From IMG/VR virus record IMGVR_UViG_3300045988_082442, positions 1-64,000 of that record: a stretch of DNA of 64,000 nucleotides. One strand, given 5' to 3'. The notes below the pieces were generated by a model. That model was not told the DNA's origin. It did not search any database and saw nothing but the letters and a program-made list of their open reading frames with translations. The position numbers and the translations under genes are program-made. This document shows, piece by piece, positions 14,798 to 22,761 of this stretch. The number at the start of each line of letters is the position of its first letter. Position 1 is the first letter of the stretch. Source of the stretch: a virus.

Positions 14798-16354
14798 ATG
14801 AGTTTTATAGACATTACAACAAATAATCTATCTAGGGACTTATCAAACTCTACAACAGTAGTTGATAACTGGGTATATGTACCTGGTACTGCAATTACAG
14901 GAGATTACACAAAACCATTATTATTCACAAGTTTAGATGATTTTAAATCTACTTGTGGTGACCATGGACCAGAAGGTTCTAGTACTTTTGAATATGTTTC
15001 TGGGTTACTATCTGCAGGTATGCCTGTTATGTTTAGAAGAATTGCTTGTGAAAATCAAGACACTTCTAATGTGTTAAAAGCATTACAAGCTAGTGCTGAA
15101 TTTAAGCATACAGATGATGATGGTGCTACTGAAATAGTTGACTTTAAAGTAACTGAGAAATATGGTGGTTCTTTTGGAAATAATTTATATATTTCTTATA
15201 GACCAACAGCAAGTGCTATATGGTTAGATGTAATATTAGATAAATCTTTAATAGAAAGAAAAAGATTAGCAATTAGAAATAATGCTGATACAACTTCTTT
15301 AGCCAAAGAAGTAATTAAATCATTACACAATGTTGAATTTGAAAGAATCATTATATCTAATATAAATGATGATGAAACAACATTTGATGTAAACACTGAA
15401 AGAGATAGAGTAAAACTATCTGGTGGTACAGATATGGATGAAAGTCTAGTAGCAAAAGAAATCCCACAATCATATAAATTTATATATGATAAAATGTTAT
15501 TCAAACCTAAATTTATAACATCTGGTGGATATACAGACAGTTTAACTGATGGAACATTCCCTATTGCTTCAGCAATGAAAGCAATAACACAAGCAAGACA
15601 AGACTGTGTAGCTATTATAGACCTACCAATAGGAACTGAAAAAGCTGAATATGATAGTGCAGCTGCTTCATTAGCATATACACAATATACAGATACTTCA
15701 ACAATACCAAGTGCAAGATTATTTGGACCTTGGGTATATGTTAGAGTTGGTTCTGATAGTTATTGGATGCCACCATCATTTGCTTACTTAACAACAATGG
15801 GAAATAGATTAGCAGAGGGTAAAAAACCATATAACCCAGTTGCTGGTTTAAGTACAGGTGTTGTTAAGAATGTAGTAAAAACAGAATTTGAAATAGGTTC
15901 TGATATTGCTGAAGAATGGCAAAGTGATGATAGTGTAAACATAAACCCAATTATGAAAATAAATGGAAGTACTTATGCTATTGGTGGAAACAGTACATTA
16001 TTGATACCAGAAGAAGAAACAGGTGAAAACAACTTATTCCTTGAATCAAGTGCTGATTTAGCAGTAATTGATATTAGAAGATTTGTTTACAACCTAGCTA
16101 CTGAATTACAATATCAGTATAATTCTGCTGAAGTATTTGAAACATTTGGTTTAAGAACATCTGATTATTTAGACAGAATGATTTCAGAAGGAGCAGTTAC
16201 AGATTATGCAATTTATAACGAAAGCTCTGATAAAGAACCAAGAAAGTTAAAAATAAGACTTGATGTTTATCTATCTCCAACAGTTAAGAAGATTGAAATC
16301 TTACTTAATGTTGGTTACGGAAGTGTAGAATTAGATGAAGGAGGTAATAGCTAA
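14798..16354 (+). CDS. contractile tail sheath protein
   Basis: 518 aa. N-terminus VDNWVYVPGTAITGDYTKPLLFTSLDDFKSTCG is typical of sheath proteins. The gene lies directly upstream of the tube gene with a TAATG overlap. Confidence 0.8.
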   Translation: MSFIDITTNNLSRDLSNSTTVVDNWVYVPGTAITGDYTKPLLFTSLDDFKSTCGDHGPEGSSTFEYVSGLLSAGMPVMFRRIACENQDTSNVLKALQASAEFKHTDDDGATEIVDFKVTEKYGGSFGNNLYISYRPTASAIWLDVILDKSLIERKRLAIRNNADTTSLAKEVIKSLHNVEFERIIISNINDDETTFDVNTERDRVKLSGGTDMDESLVAKEIPQSYKFIYDKMLFKPKFITSGGYTDSLTDGTFPIASAMKAITQARQDCVAIIDLPIGTEKAEYDSAAASLAYTQYTDTSTIPSARLFGPWVYVRVGSDSYWMPPSFAYLTTMGNRLAEGKKPYNPVAGLSTGVVKNVVKTEFEIGSDIAEEWQSDDSVNINPIMKINGSTYAIGGNSTLLIPEEETGENNLFLESSADLAVIDIRRFVYNLATELQYQYNSAEVFETFGLRTSDYLDRMISEGAVTDYAIYNESSDKEPRKLKIRLDVYLSPTVKKIEILLNVGYGSVELDEGGNS

Positions 16355-17106
16355 TGGGAAGAGTATTTTCAACAAACTTAAATATGAATAATAGAAACTC
16401 AGTTACAGCTGATATTTCTGATAAATATTTAGGTACATCATATATGTTACTACACAAAAAAGATTTTGAACCTGGTAGAAGTTCTGACTTTATATTCAAA
16501 GTTAAATTCGCCAGAGACCTTTATGATATGGATGGACAATTTGTAGCTAGTGCTGCAGATGCCTCTGAAACACTTGCCTTATCATTAAGAGATTTTGCTG
16601 GACCATCAATGACTGTTGACCCAATGACATTAAGAACTGGTAATGGTGAAATGAAATATGCTGGTGTACCAACAGTAGGTACAAGTGCAATATCATTTAC
16701 AGACTATATAGGTATGGATACAGAAAGAATCTTACTTGCTTGGTATGTTCAATGTCATAACCCTAAAAATGATAAAATAGGTTTCAAAGAATATTATAGC
16801 AATGATGGTCTATTATATAAATGGGCTCCTAACGGAACAAGAGTTATAGACTGGAGATTACAAGGATGCTGGATAAATGAATACAACCAAGGTAACTATT
16901 CAAGACAAAACCCAGAATTTAGACAATTCTCAACAACTATACAATATGATAAAGCTTATCCTTGGACAACAACACCTTACAAAGACTTTAAAGTTAGTGA
17001 TTCAGATGTTGCTAGTCAATCAAGCTCAGCTCCATTTAACAATTCATCAGCTACTAACTACCTTGGAACACTTGGTAATGTTAATACTGATACACATAAC
17101 CAATAA
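16354..17106 (+). CDS. tail tube protein
   Basis: Called from position: start overlaps the sheath stop, and a strong terminator follows. Confidence 0.65.
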   Translation: MGRVFSTNLNMNNRNSVTADISDKYLGTSYMLLHKKDFEPGRSSDFIFKVKFARDLYDMDGQFVASAADASETLALSLRDFAGPSMTVDPMTLRTGNGEMKYAGVPTVGTSAISFTDYIGMDTERILLAWYVQCHNPKNDKIGFKEYYSNDGLLYKWAPNGTRVIDWRLQGCWINEYNQGNYSRQNPEFRQFSTTIQYDKAYPWTTTPYKDFKVSDSDVASQSSSAPFNNSSATNYLGTLGNVNTDTHNQ

Positions 17107-17127
17107 TTTTATAAAATGGAAATAAAG

Positions 17128-17143
17128 TAAAATATTAATGAGG
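17128..17143 (+). promoter_or_regulatory. class-3 element TAAAATATTAATGAGG
   Basis: Exact 16-mer, 48 nt upstream of ATG 17192. It forms the 5' arm of the terminator hairpin. Confidence 0.55.
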
Positions 17144-17175
17144 AGATAAAAGCCCTCATTAATATTTTTTCATTT
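17129..17175 (+). terminator. rho-independent terminator with 15-bp perfect stem
   Basis: AAAATATTAATGAGG (17129-17143) / CCTCATTAATATTTT (17154-17168), then a T-run. Confidence 0.75.
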
Positions 17176-17191
17176 TATAGGAGGTAGGAGT

Positions 17192-18019
17192 ATGTCTGAT
17201 TTATTAAATAATCAAACTCAAAACAAAAAAGAAGAGATAAAAGAATTAGAAGAGGAAATAGTACCAAATGTTAAGAATATAAAAACTCAAGAAACATTTG
17301 TATTACCAAGTAAGGGATTATTATATAGTAATCCAGGTATGGGAAGTATTACGCTAAGAAGAATGACAATAAAGGAAGATAAAATCAGATTAAGAAATGA
17401 AGGAGAAGATAAAATCAGAAGAGACTTACTACAAGCTTGTGTAGTAGGGGAGGGTATTGACATAGGTCAATTAACATTATTTGATGTAAACTATTTATTA
17501 TTCTGTTTAAGAAGAATTAGTTTATTAAACAATACTTATAAAGTAAGATGTGTTTGCCCTAACTGTGATTCTGAATTTGTAGATGAACTAGACTTAACAA
17601 AGTTAAAGATTAAATATGTTGACCCAAATAATTTACCTAACTTTGATGTTATTTTACCAGTATCTGGATTAAAGATTAAATTAAAATATCCATCTTTAAA
17701 TTCAGTAATAATATTTAGAGATAAAATAACAGAATTTCTAAATGTAAATACTGATACAGATATTAGTGAATTACTATATGTATTAGGTGATATGCTTTAT
17801 ATAGATACTGTAAATGGAAAACCAACAGTATATGAAGAATTAGAAGATATAATTGAAAATCTTGATATATTAGACAGTAGAGAAATTAAGAAAGCAATAA
17901 AACAATTAGATGGTAGATATGGAATAGATGATGATATTCTATGTAAATGTCCTAAATGTAAAAATGAATTACATCATGGATTACCAATAACAAGTGAATT
18001 ATTTACTCCCTCATTATAA
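17192..18019 (+). CDS. putative tail assembly chaperone (short form), with two CxxC pairs
   Basis: Lies between the tube and tape-measure genes. Motifs CPNCDSEF...CPKCKNEL. Confidence 0.55.
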   Translation: MSDLLNNQTQNKKEEIKELEEEIVPNVKNIKTQETFVLPSKGLLYSNPGMGSITLRRMTIKEDKIRLRNEGEDKIRRDLLQACVVGEGIDIGQLTLFDVNYLLFCLRRISLLNNTYKVRCVCPNCDSEFVDELDLTKLKIKYVDPNNLPNFDVILPVSGLKIKLKYPSLNSVIIFRDKITEFLNVNTDTDISELLYVLGDMLYIDTVNGKPTVYEELEDIIENLDILDSREIKKAIKQLDGRYGIDDDILCKCPKCKNELHHGLPITSELFTPSL

Positions 18020-18257
18020 ACCACAACCGAAACTACCTGATGATTATATCCAATATAAGAAAGAGGAAGTTGAAAATATATTTGACAAGGTTATAATCAT
18101 TAGTCAGCTTTCAGAAGGTGGTATTACTTATGGTGATTGTGAAAATATGGATGCTTGGGAGCTAGAATATATGGCTAGAAAGCTAATCAAACTTAAAAAA
18201 GAAGAAAATGAGATTAGAAAGAAACAAATTGAAGAAGCAAAGAAAGGTAGAGGCTAA
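17994..18257 (+). CDS. +1-frame extension of the chaperone ORF (candidate frameshift product)
   Basis: This frame is open from 17991. It has no ATG and no SD. CCC_U at 18008-18011 lies in the overlap. Confidence 0.5.
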   Translation: MNYLLPHYKPQPKLPDDYIQYKKEEVENIFDKVIIISQLSEGGITYGDCENMDAWELEYMARKLIKLKKEENEIRKKQIEEAKKGRG

Positions 18258-18267
18258 CCCTCTACCT
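18245..18267. terminator. bidirectional hairpin terminator
   Basis: AGGTAGAGG (18245-18253) / CCTCTACCT (18259-18267), then TTTTC. Sits between convergent genes. Confidence 0.65.
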
Positions 18268-18272
18268 TTTCA

Positions 18273-18932
18273 TTATCCTATTTTCATTTCCAATTCTTCT
18301 ACTTTTTTATCCAATTCTTCAAATACATCTTCATAGTTTGATATGATTTCTTTTGTGTCTAGTATTTCTTTCTTTAATATATTTACGTCTGTATTATTAT
18401 CATTTCTAATTGCTATCTTTAATTCTGCGTTTAGTCTATTTAGCTTCTCTTTCTCTATTTCAATTTCTAACTGTACTTTATCATAATCTTTCACAACTTT
18501 GTTATATTCTCTTTTTAAAGCTGGTCTTTCCTTCTTTTGTTTTTCTAATGCTATTCTTTGAGCTCTTGCTTTTGATTTACATCTCATTATTTCAATAGCT
18601 GGTATTACTATTAGTGTTATTCCTAATAAGATATATGGAATATTGCCTAAATCTTTATTCATTGATGATTGATACAATAAACATAATAAACCACCAAATG
18701 TAAATGTACTAAACCATAATACAGTTGCTCCTTCATGCTTGTCTATAATACTAGGTTCTGAATAACTAGAACTTGTATCTCTATCCCTTCCTTCTAATCT
18801 CTTATTTAGTTCTTTCAATTCTTGAGTTTGTTCATATAGCATTGAATCCCTTTCTGATTGTCTTATTTTTTCTAAACCAGATAACCCATCATATCTTACA
18901 TTAAATACTGAAAACTTACTCATAATAATCAC
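18273..18932 (-). CDS. membrane protein with two TM segments and a C-terminal coiled coil
   Basis: TM segments VLWFSTFTFGGLLCLLY and IPYILLGITLIVIPAIEIM. Heptad-rich KE tail. Confidence 0.65.
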   Translation of the reverse strand: MIIMSKFSVFNVRYDGLSGLEKIRQSERDSMLYEQTQELKELNKRLEGRDRDTSSSYSEPSIIDKHEGATVLWFSTFTFGGLLCLLYQSSMNKDLGNIPYILLGITLIVIPAIEIMRCKSKARAQRIALEKQKKERPALKREYNKVVKDYDKVQLEIEIEKEKLNRLNAELKIAIRNDNNTDVNILKKEILDTKEIISNYEDVFEELDKKVEELEMKIG

Positions 18933-18940
18933 TTCCCTTT

Positions 18941-19171
18941 CTATATAATATAACTAAATTCTTCAATTTTATACTCTTTAAAGTTCTTAAAATAATCTTT
19001 TGCAAAATTTTCTGCTTCTTTATGAGTATCAAACCATATTGCATTCTCATTTGTAAACTCCCATTCACAGTTCATTTTATCACCTATATATTTACCTGCC
19101 TTTAAATATAACTTCTTTCCAGATAATGTATTCATCACTATTCTATAAAAATATTCTTTTCTTCCATCCAT
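18941..19171 (-). CDS. hypothetical protein
   Basis: 76-aa ORF, first gene after the minus-strand class-1 promoter. Confidence 0.6.
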   Translation of the reverse strand: MDGRKEYFYRIVMNTLSGKKLYLKAGKYIGDKMNCEWEFTNENAIWFDTHKEAENFAKDYFKNFKEYKIEEFSYII

Positions 19172-19203
19172 TACTATATACCCCCTTATGTCTTTCTACT
19201 ATT

Positions 19204-19232
19204 AGTATATGATAAGTTTTAAATTTTGTCAA
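19204..19232 (-). promoter_or_regulatory. class-1 early promoter (minus strand) TTGACA-17-TATACT
   Basis: TGTCAA at 19227-19232; -10 complement at 19204-19209. Confidence 0.7.
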
Positions 19233-19260
19233 GCATTTTTATAAAATATTTTAATTTTTG

Positions 19261-19276
19261 TAAAATATTAATGAGG
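19261..19276 (+). promoter_or_regulatory. class-3 element TAAAATATTAATGAGG
   Basis: Exact 16-mer, 31 nt upstream of TTG 19308. Confidence 0.6.
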
Positions 19277-19307
19277 GAACAATACTGATTTATAGGAGGA
19301 ATAAAAG

Positions 19308-22300
19308 TTGAGTGAGCAATATAGAAAAGATAATTTAGGGTTTGAAATAGACAAATTAAGTAAGCAAATAAAATTGCTTCAAGAATTAGATAAACTTTAT
19401 AGTGAGCAAAAAGATAAAACTCTTAGTGTCCAACGAAGTGTTGAAAATACTACAAAGATTATGGAACTACAAAGAAAACTTGAACAACAAGGTATTAAGA
19501 ATATCCAAAATCAGAATGACCTTAATGAGAAATCAGCTGAGTTAGATAGATTAAGAGCTATTAAATGGGATGAAAGATTAAGAATTGAACAATCTATCAC
19601 AAAGGCTCAAAAAGAGGAATTACAAAATCAAGAAAAACTAAATAAGAAAGAAGAAGAACTATCTAAAAAGAAAGACGATAGGGCTAAAAGACAAGCTAGA
19701 AATGATATAGATAGTTACAGAAATCAATCAAAGACAGTAGAGCTTAAAAAACAAATAGCTAAATTAGAGGAAGAATCATTCCTCAAAGATAAAGCTAAAA
19801 AGACATCTACTAAGATGGAGCATTTAGAAAATAATAAAAAGATAAATGCCTTAAAGAAAGAATTAGAATTACAAACTAAAATAGAAAATGTAAAAGCTAA
19901 TAGTAATCAAAGTATAAAGAATAGTATAAATAGGGCTACAATACCAGGACTAGGTTCTGTTGGAAGTTTAAAGGAATTTAGTGAGCTAAATACAAGTGCT
20001 AAGGTGTTTTCTGTTGCTGTAGATGCATTCAATAAAACAGTAGATAACTTTGTTGGTGCATTTAAAGATGGGATGAATGCTGTTGCTGGTAAAGCTAACA
20101 GCCAATTTCATAATATAGCTACAATGACAGGAATGTCTTATGGTACATATAGAAATGGTATAGGAGGCATGGGAAATCGTCTTCGTAATTGGAATGGCTA
20201 TAATTTACAAGATAATATAAAAACATCTGATGTTCAAGATGCCATGAATAGTCTTGCTAGTGCTGGTGTTAGTAGAGAGAGCTTACTTTCTAATGCTGTT
20301 GAAAATGCTATTACAAATACAATAGTACCTTATTTAGATACACAGTCAGAAAATTTTATTCTTTTAAATGAAAGAATAGGTGGAGATTTCTCTAAACAAA
20401 TTAGGGGTATAAGTAAAGCAAATATTGAAATAGCAGGAAATAACCTAGCAACAAAAGACATACTAAACTCTATGATAGATTTAGTAAAACCTATGTCAGA
20501 TGAAGCACTAGAAAACTTAGCAAAAGGTTCAACAGAAGTATCAGCAATGGTAAATAAACTTATGAAAGAGCAAGGATGGAGTAAGGAAAATGCTGAAGCC
20601 TATGCAACATCTATGTTTAAATACCAAAAGTATGGAGCATCACAATTAGCAGGTGCATCTACTTCTGATAAACTAAAATATTATAATATTCTTCACAGTG
20701 GTTATGATTTAGGGGATTTAAACAATGCTAATAATATAATGGGTATTGCATTAGATACTGACATGAAATTAATGGGAATGACACCTGGGTATGGAAATAA
20801 TATTAGTAGATTACAATCAAATACATTTGCTGATGCAATGGGTATTGATTATAATTATAGACAACAACTTTATAGTTCTAATAAAAAAGGACTATCTGGT
20901 TCTAGATTATCAAAATCAACAGATTTAACAAATGCACAATTTAATAACTATGGAAATCAAGCAACTCAAGATTTAGCTAATGGTGATACTCAAACAACAA
21001 GGGATAAACAATTAACACAGCTTGAAAACCTATCTACAGAAGTTGCAATGTGGAAAGTTGATAGTGGTTTATGGTTTGATACCTTGACCACTGCTGTACA
21101 AGGAATTGCTAAAATACTTGTTACTTGGGCAGCTGGTAAAGTAGTAGGAAATATTGGAAGCAATTTAATGGGTGGTGCTGGTTCTGGAACTGGTACATTA
21201 TTAAAGGCTGGTCTAACACAGGGGTTTGCTAAAGGTTCTACAAAGGCTTTTGGTGCTGGTAAAATAGGTGCATTAAGTGGAACTGGTGGTGCTATTGCAG
21301 GGGCAGCTGGAATTGCTGCTGGTGGTGCTATGGCTATCGATGGTGGTTCAAGAGTAATCAGTGATTTCCAAAGTGGGGATGTAAATGCTGGTACTGCATT
21401 AGCTGGTACTGAAGCTGCTGGTGGTGCTATTGGTGCTGGTGCTTTAATTGCATTAGGAGCTTCAAATCCTATAGGTTGGGTAGCATTAGCTGTTGGTGGT
21501 TTAGCTATGGTTGGAAAAGCAGCTTATGATTCAGCTAATGCCTATAAAGAGGGTGGAAAGATTGTAAAAAAAGAATATGATTCTATTAAACAGTCTTATA
21601 AAGAAGAAATATCAGATAGGGAAGACCTTCTTTATAATATAGAAGATAGTCTTAAACAAAATGAAGATTTAGAAGCTACAAGAAAAAAATTGATAAATTC
21701 TGGTATTTTAAGTGATGAAGATTCTATAAAAGCTCAAAAAATGTCAAGGGAAGAATTAGAAAAATTAACAGAACAATATACAGAATCTACTAAAAAATTT
21801 GGCGATAATGTTGATGATATTGTTGATAAATATAGTACCATAGCACAGGATGATACAAATGAAACCAACAAAAGTATTAGAGAATGGTATGAGAAGAACA
21901 AGAATACTAAAAATGATACTAATAAAGGCATGATGCAGAAGATGGTAATGGAAACTGTCAATGCCTTAAAAGAGAAACAAAGCAATGGTGGAAGCTTAAC
22001 AAAAGACGAGGAATGGTTTTTAAGTGAGTATAATAAAAATGAGTCACATGGAAAAACAGAACAAAAGGATTATGAGTGGTTACTTGATAAAGGACACAAT
22101 CTATCAGTATTTTATGCAAATGTAACAGGTCAAAGATTGGAAAATGTAACAAGGTATGCATCAAAAAATGGGGCTAATGGAATTAAATCATACAACTATG
22201 ATGACCCAAATGAGGTTACTAAATGGACAATAAAATTAAGGGAAGCTATTGATAATAACGATAAAAGTGCTGCTGAAAAAGCCCTAAAAGGTGCTAAGGA

Positions 22301-22664
22301 AGCGTCATTATCAAAAGATAAATATAGCGAGATTAGAGAGGCTGTAGATAAATTTGGGTTATCTTATAGAGTTGGTACTGATAATATTCCTTATGATAAC
22401 TACCCTGCATTATTACATGAAGGTGAGGCTGTACTTACTGCTTCAACAGCAAATGATTTAAGAGGTTTAATTGACGAATATAGAGAAACTAAAAGTAATA
22501 ATATTAGAATAACTCAAGCAATAGAAAATCAAACAGAAGCTTTAATAGCAAAACTAGATGCAATATATACTAAAATGCCTGGTAATGATGAGTCAAATGC
22601 AAAAGATACAATGCCAGGAAGACTAATGCAAAATGTTAAACAAATGACACTACCTTTTAATTAA
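19308..22664 (+). CDS. tail tape measure protein
   Basis: 1118 aa. Long coiled-coil N-terminus and a Gly/Ala-rich hydrophobic segment (GAGSGTGTLLKAGL..AGGAIGAGALIALGA). Position is after the chaperone. Confidence 0.85.
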   Translation: MSEQYRKDNLGFEIDKLSKQIKLLQELDKLYSEQKDKTLSVQRSVENTTKIMELQRKLEQQGIKNIQNQNDLNEKSAELDRLRAIKWDERLRIEQSITKAQKEELQNQEKLNKKEEELSKKKDDRAKRQARNDIDSYRNQSKTVELKKQIAKLEEESFLKDKAKKTSTKMEHLENNKKINALKKELELQTKIENVKANSNQSIKNSINRATIPGLGSVGSLKEFSELNTSAKVFSVAVDAFNKTVDNFVGAFKDGMNAVAGKANSQFHNIATMTGMSYGTYRNGIGGMGNRLRNWNGYNLQDNIKTSDVQDAMNSLASAGVSRESLLSNAVENAITNTIVPYLDTQSENFILLNERIGGDFSKQIRGISKANIEIAGNNLATKDILNSMIDLVKPMSDEALENLAKGSTEVSAMVNKLMKEQGWSKENAEAYATSMFKYQKYGASQLAGASTSDKLKYYNILHSGYDLGDLNNANNIMGIALDTDMKLMGMTPGYGNNISRLQSNTFADAMGIDYNYRQQLYSSNKKGLSGSRLSKSTDLTNAQFNNYGNQATQDLANGDTQTTRDKQLTQLENLSTEVAMWKVDSGLWFDTLTTAVQGIAKILVTWAAGKVVGNIGSNLMGGAGSGTGTLLKAGLTQGFAKGSTKAFGAGKIGALSGTGGAIAGAAGIAAGGAMAIDGGSRVISDFQSGDVNAGTALAGTEAAGGAIGAGALIALGASNPIGWVALAVGGLAMVGKAAYDSANAYKEGGKIVKKEYDSIKQSYKEEISDREDLLYNIEDSLKQNEDLEATRKKLINSGILSDEDSIKAQKMSREELEKLTEQYTESTKKFGDNVDDIVDKYSTIAQDDTNETNKSIREWYEKNKNTKNDTNKGMMQKMVMETVNALKEKQSNGGSLTKDEEWFLSEYNKNESHGKTEQKDYEWLLDKGHNLSVFYANVTGQRLENVTRYASKNGANGIKSYNYDDPNEVTKWTIKLREAIDNNDKSAAEKALKGAKEASLSKDKYSEIREAVDKFGLSYRVGTDNIPYDNYPALLHEGEAVLTASTANDLRGLIDEYRETKSNNIRITQAIENQTEALIAKLDAIYTKMPGNDESNAKDTMPGRLMQNVKQMTLPFN

Positions 22665-22671
22665 AATATAA

Positions 22672-22703
22672 AAAGAAGCCTAACTAGGGCTTCTTTTATT
22701 TTT
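22672..22703 (+). terminator. rho-independent terminator
   Basis: AAAGAAGCC (22672-22680) / GGCTTCTTT (22688-22696), then TATTTTT. Confidence 0.7.
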
Positions 22704-22705
22704 GG

Positions 22706-22721
22706 TAAAATATTAATGAGG
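22706..22721 (+). promoter_or_regulatory. class-3 element TAAAATATTAATGAGG
   Basis: Exact 16-mer, 40 nt upstream of ATG 22762. Confidence 0.6.
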
Positions 22722-22761
22722 GAGAAATACCCTATTTTAAGATGAAGGAGAGGAACTTTAA

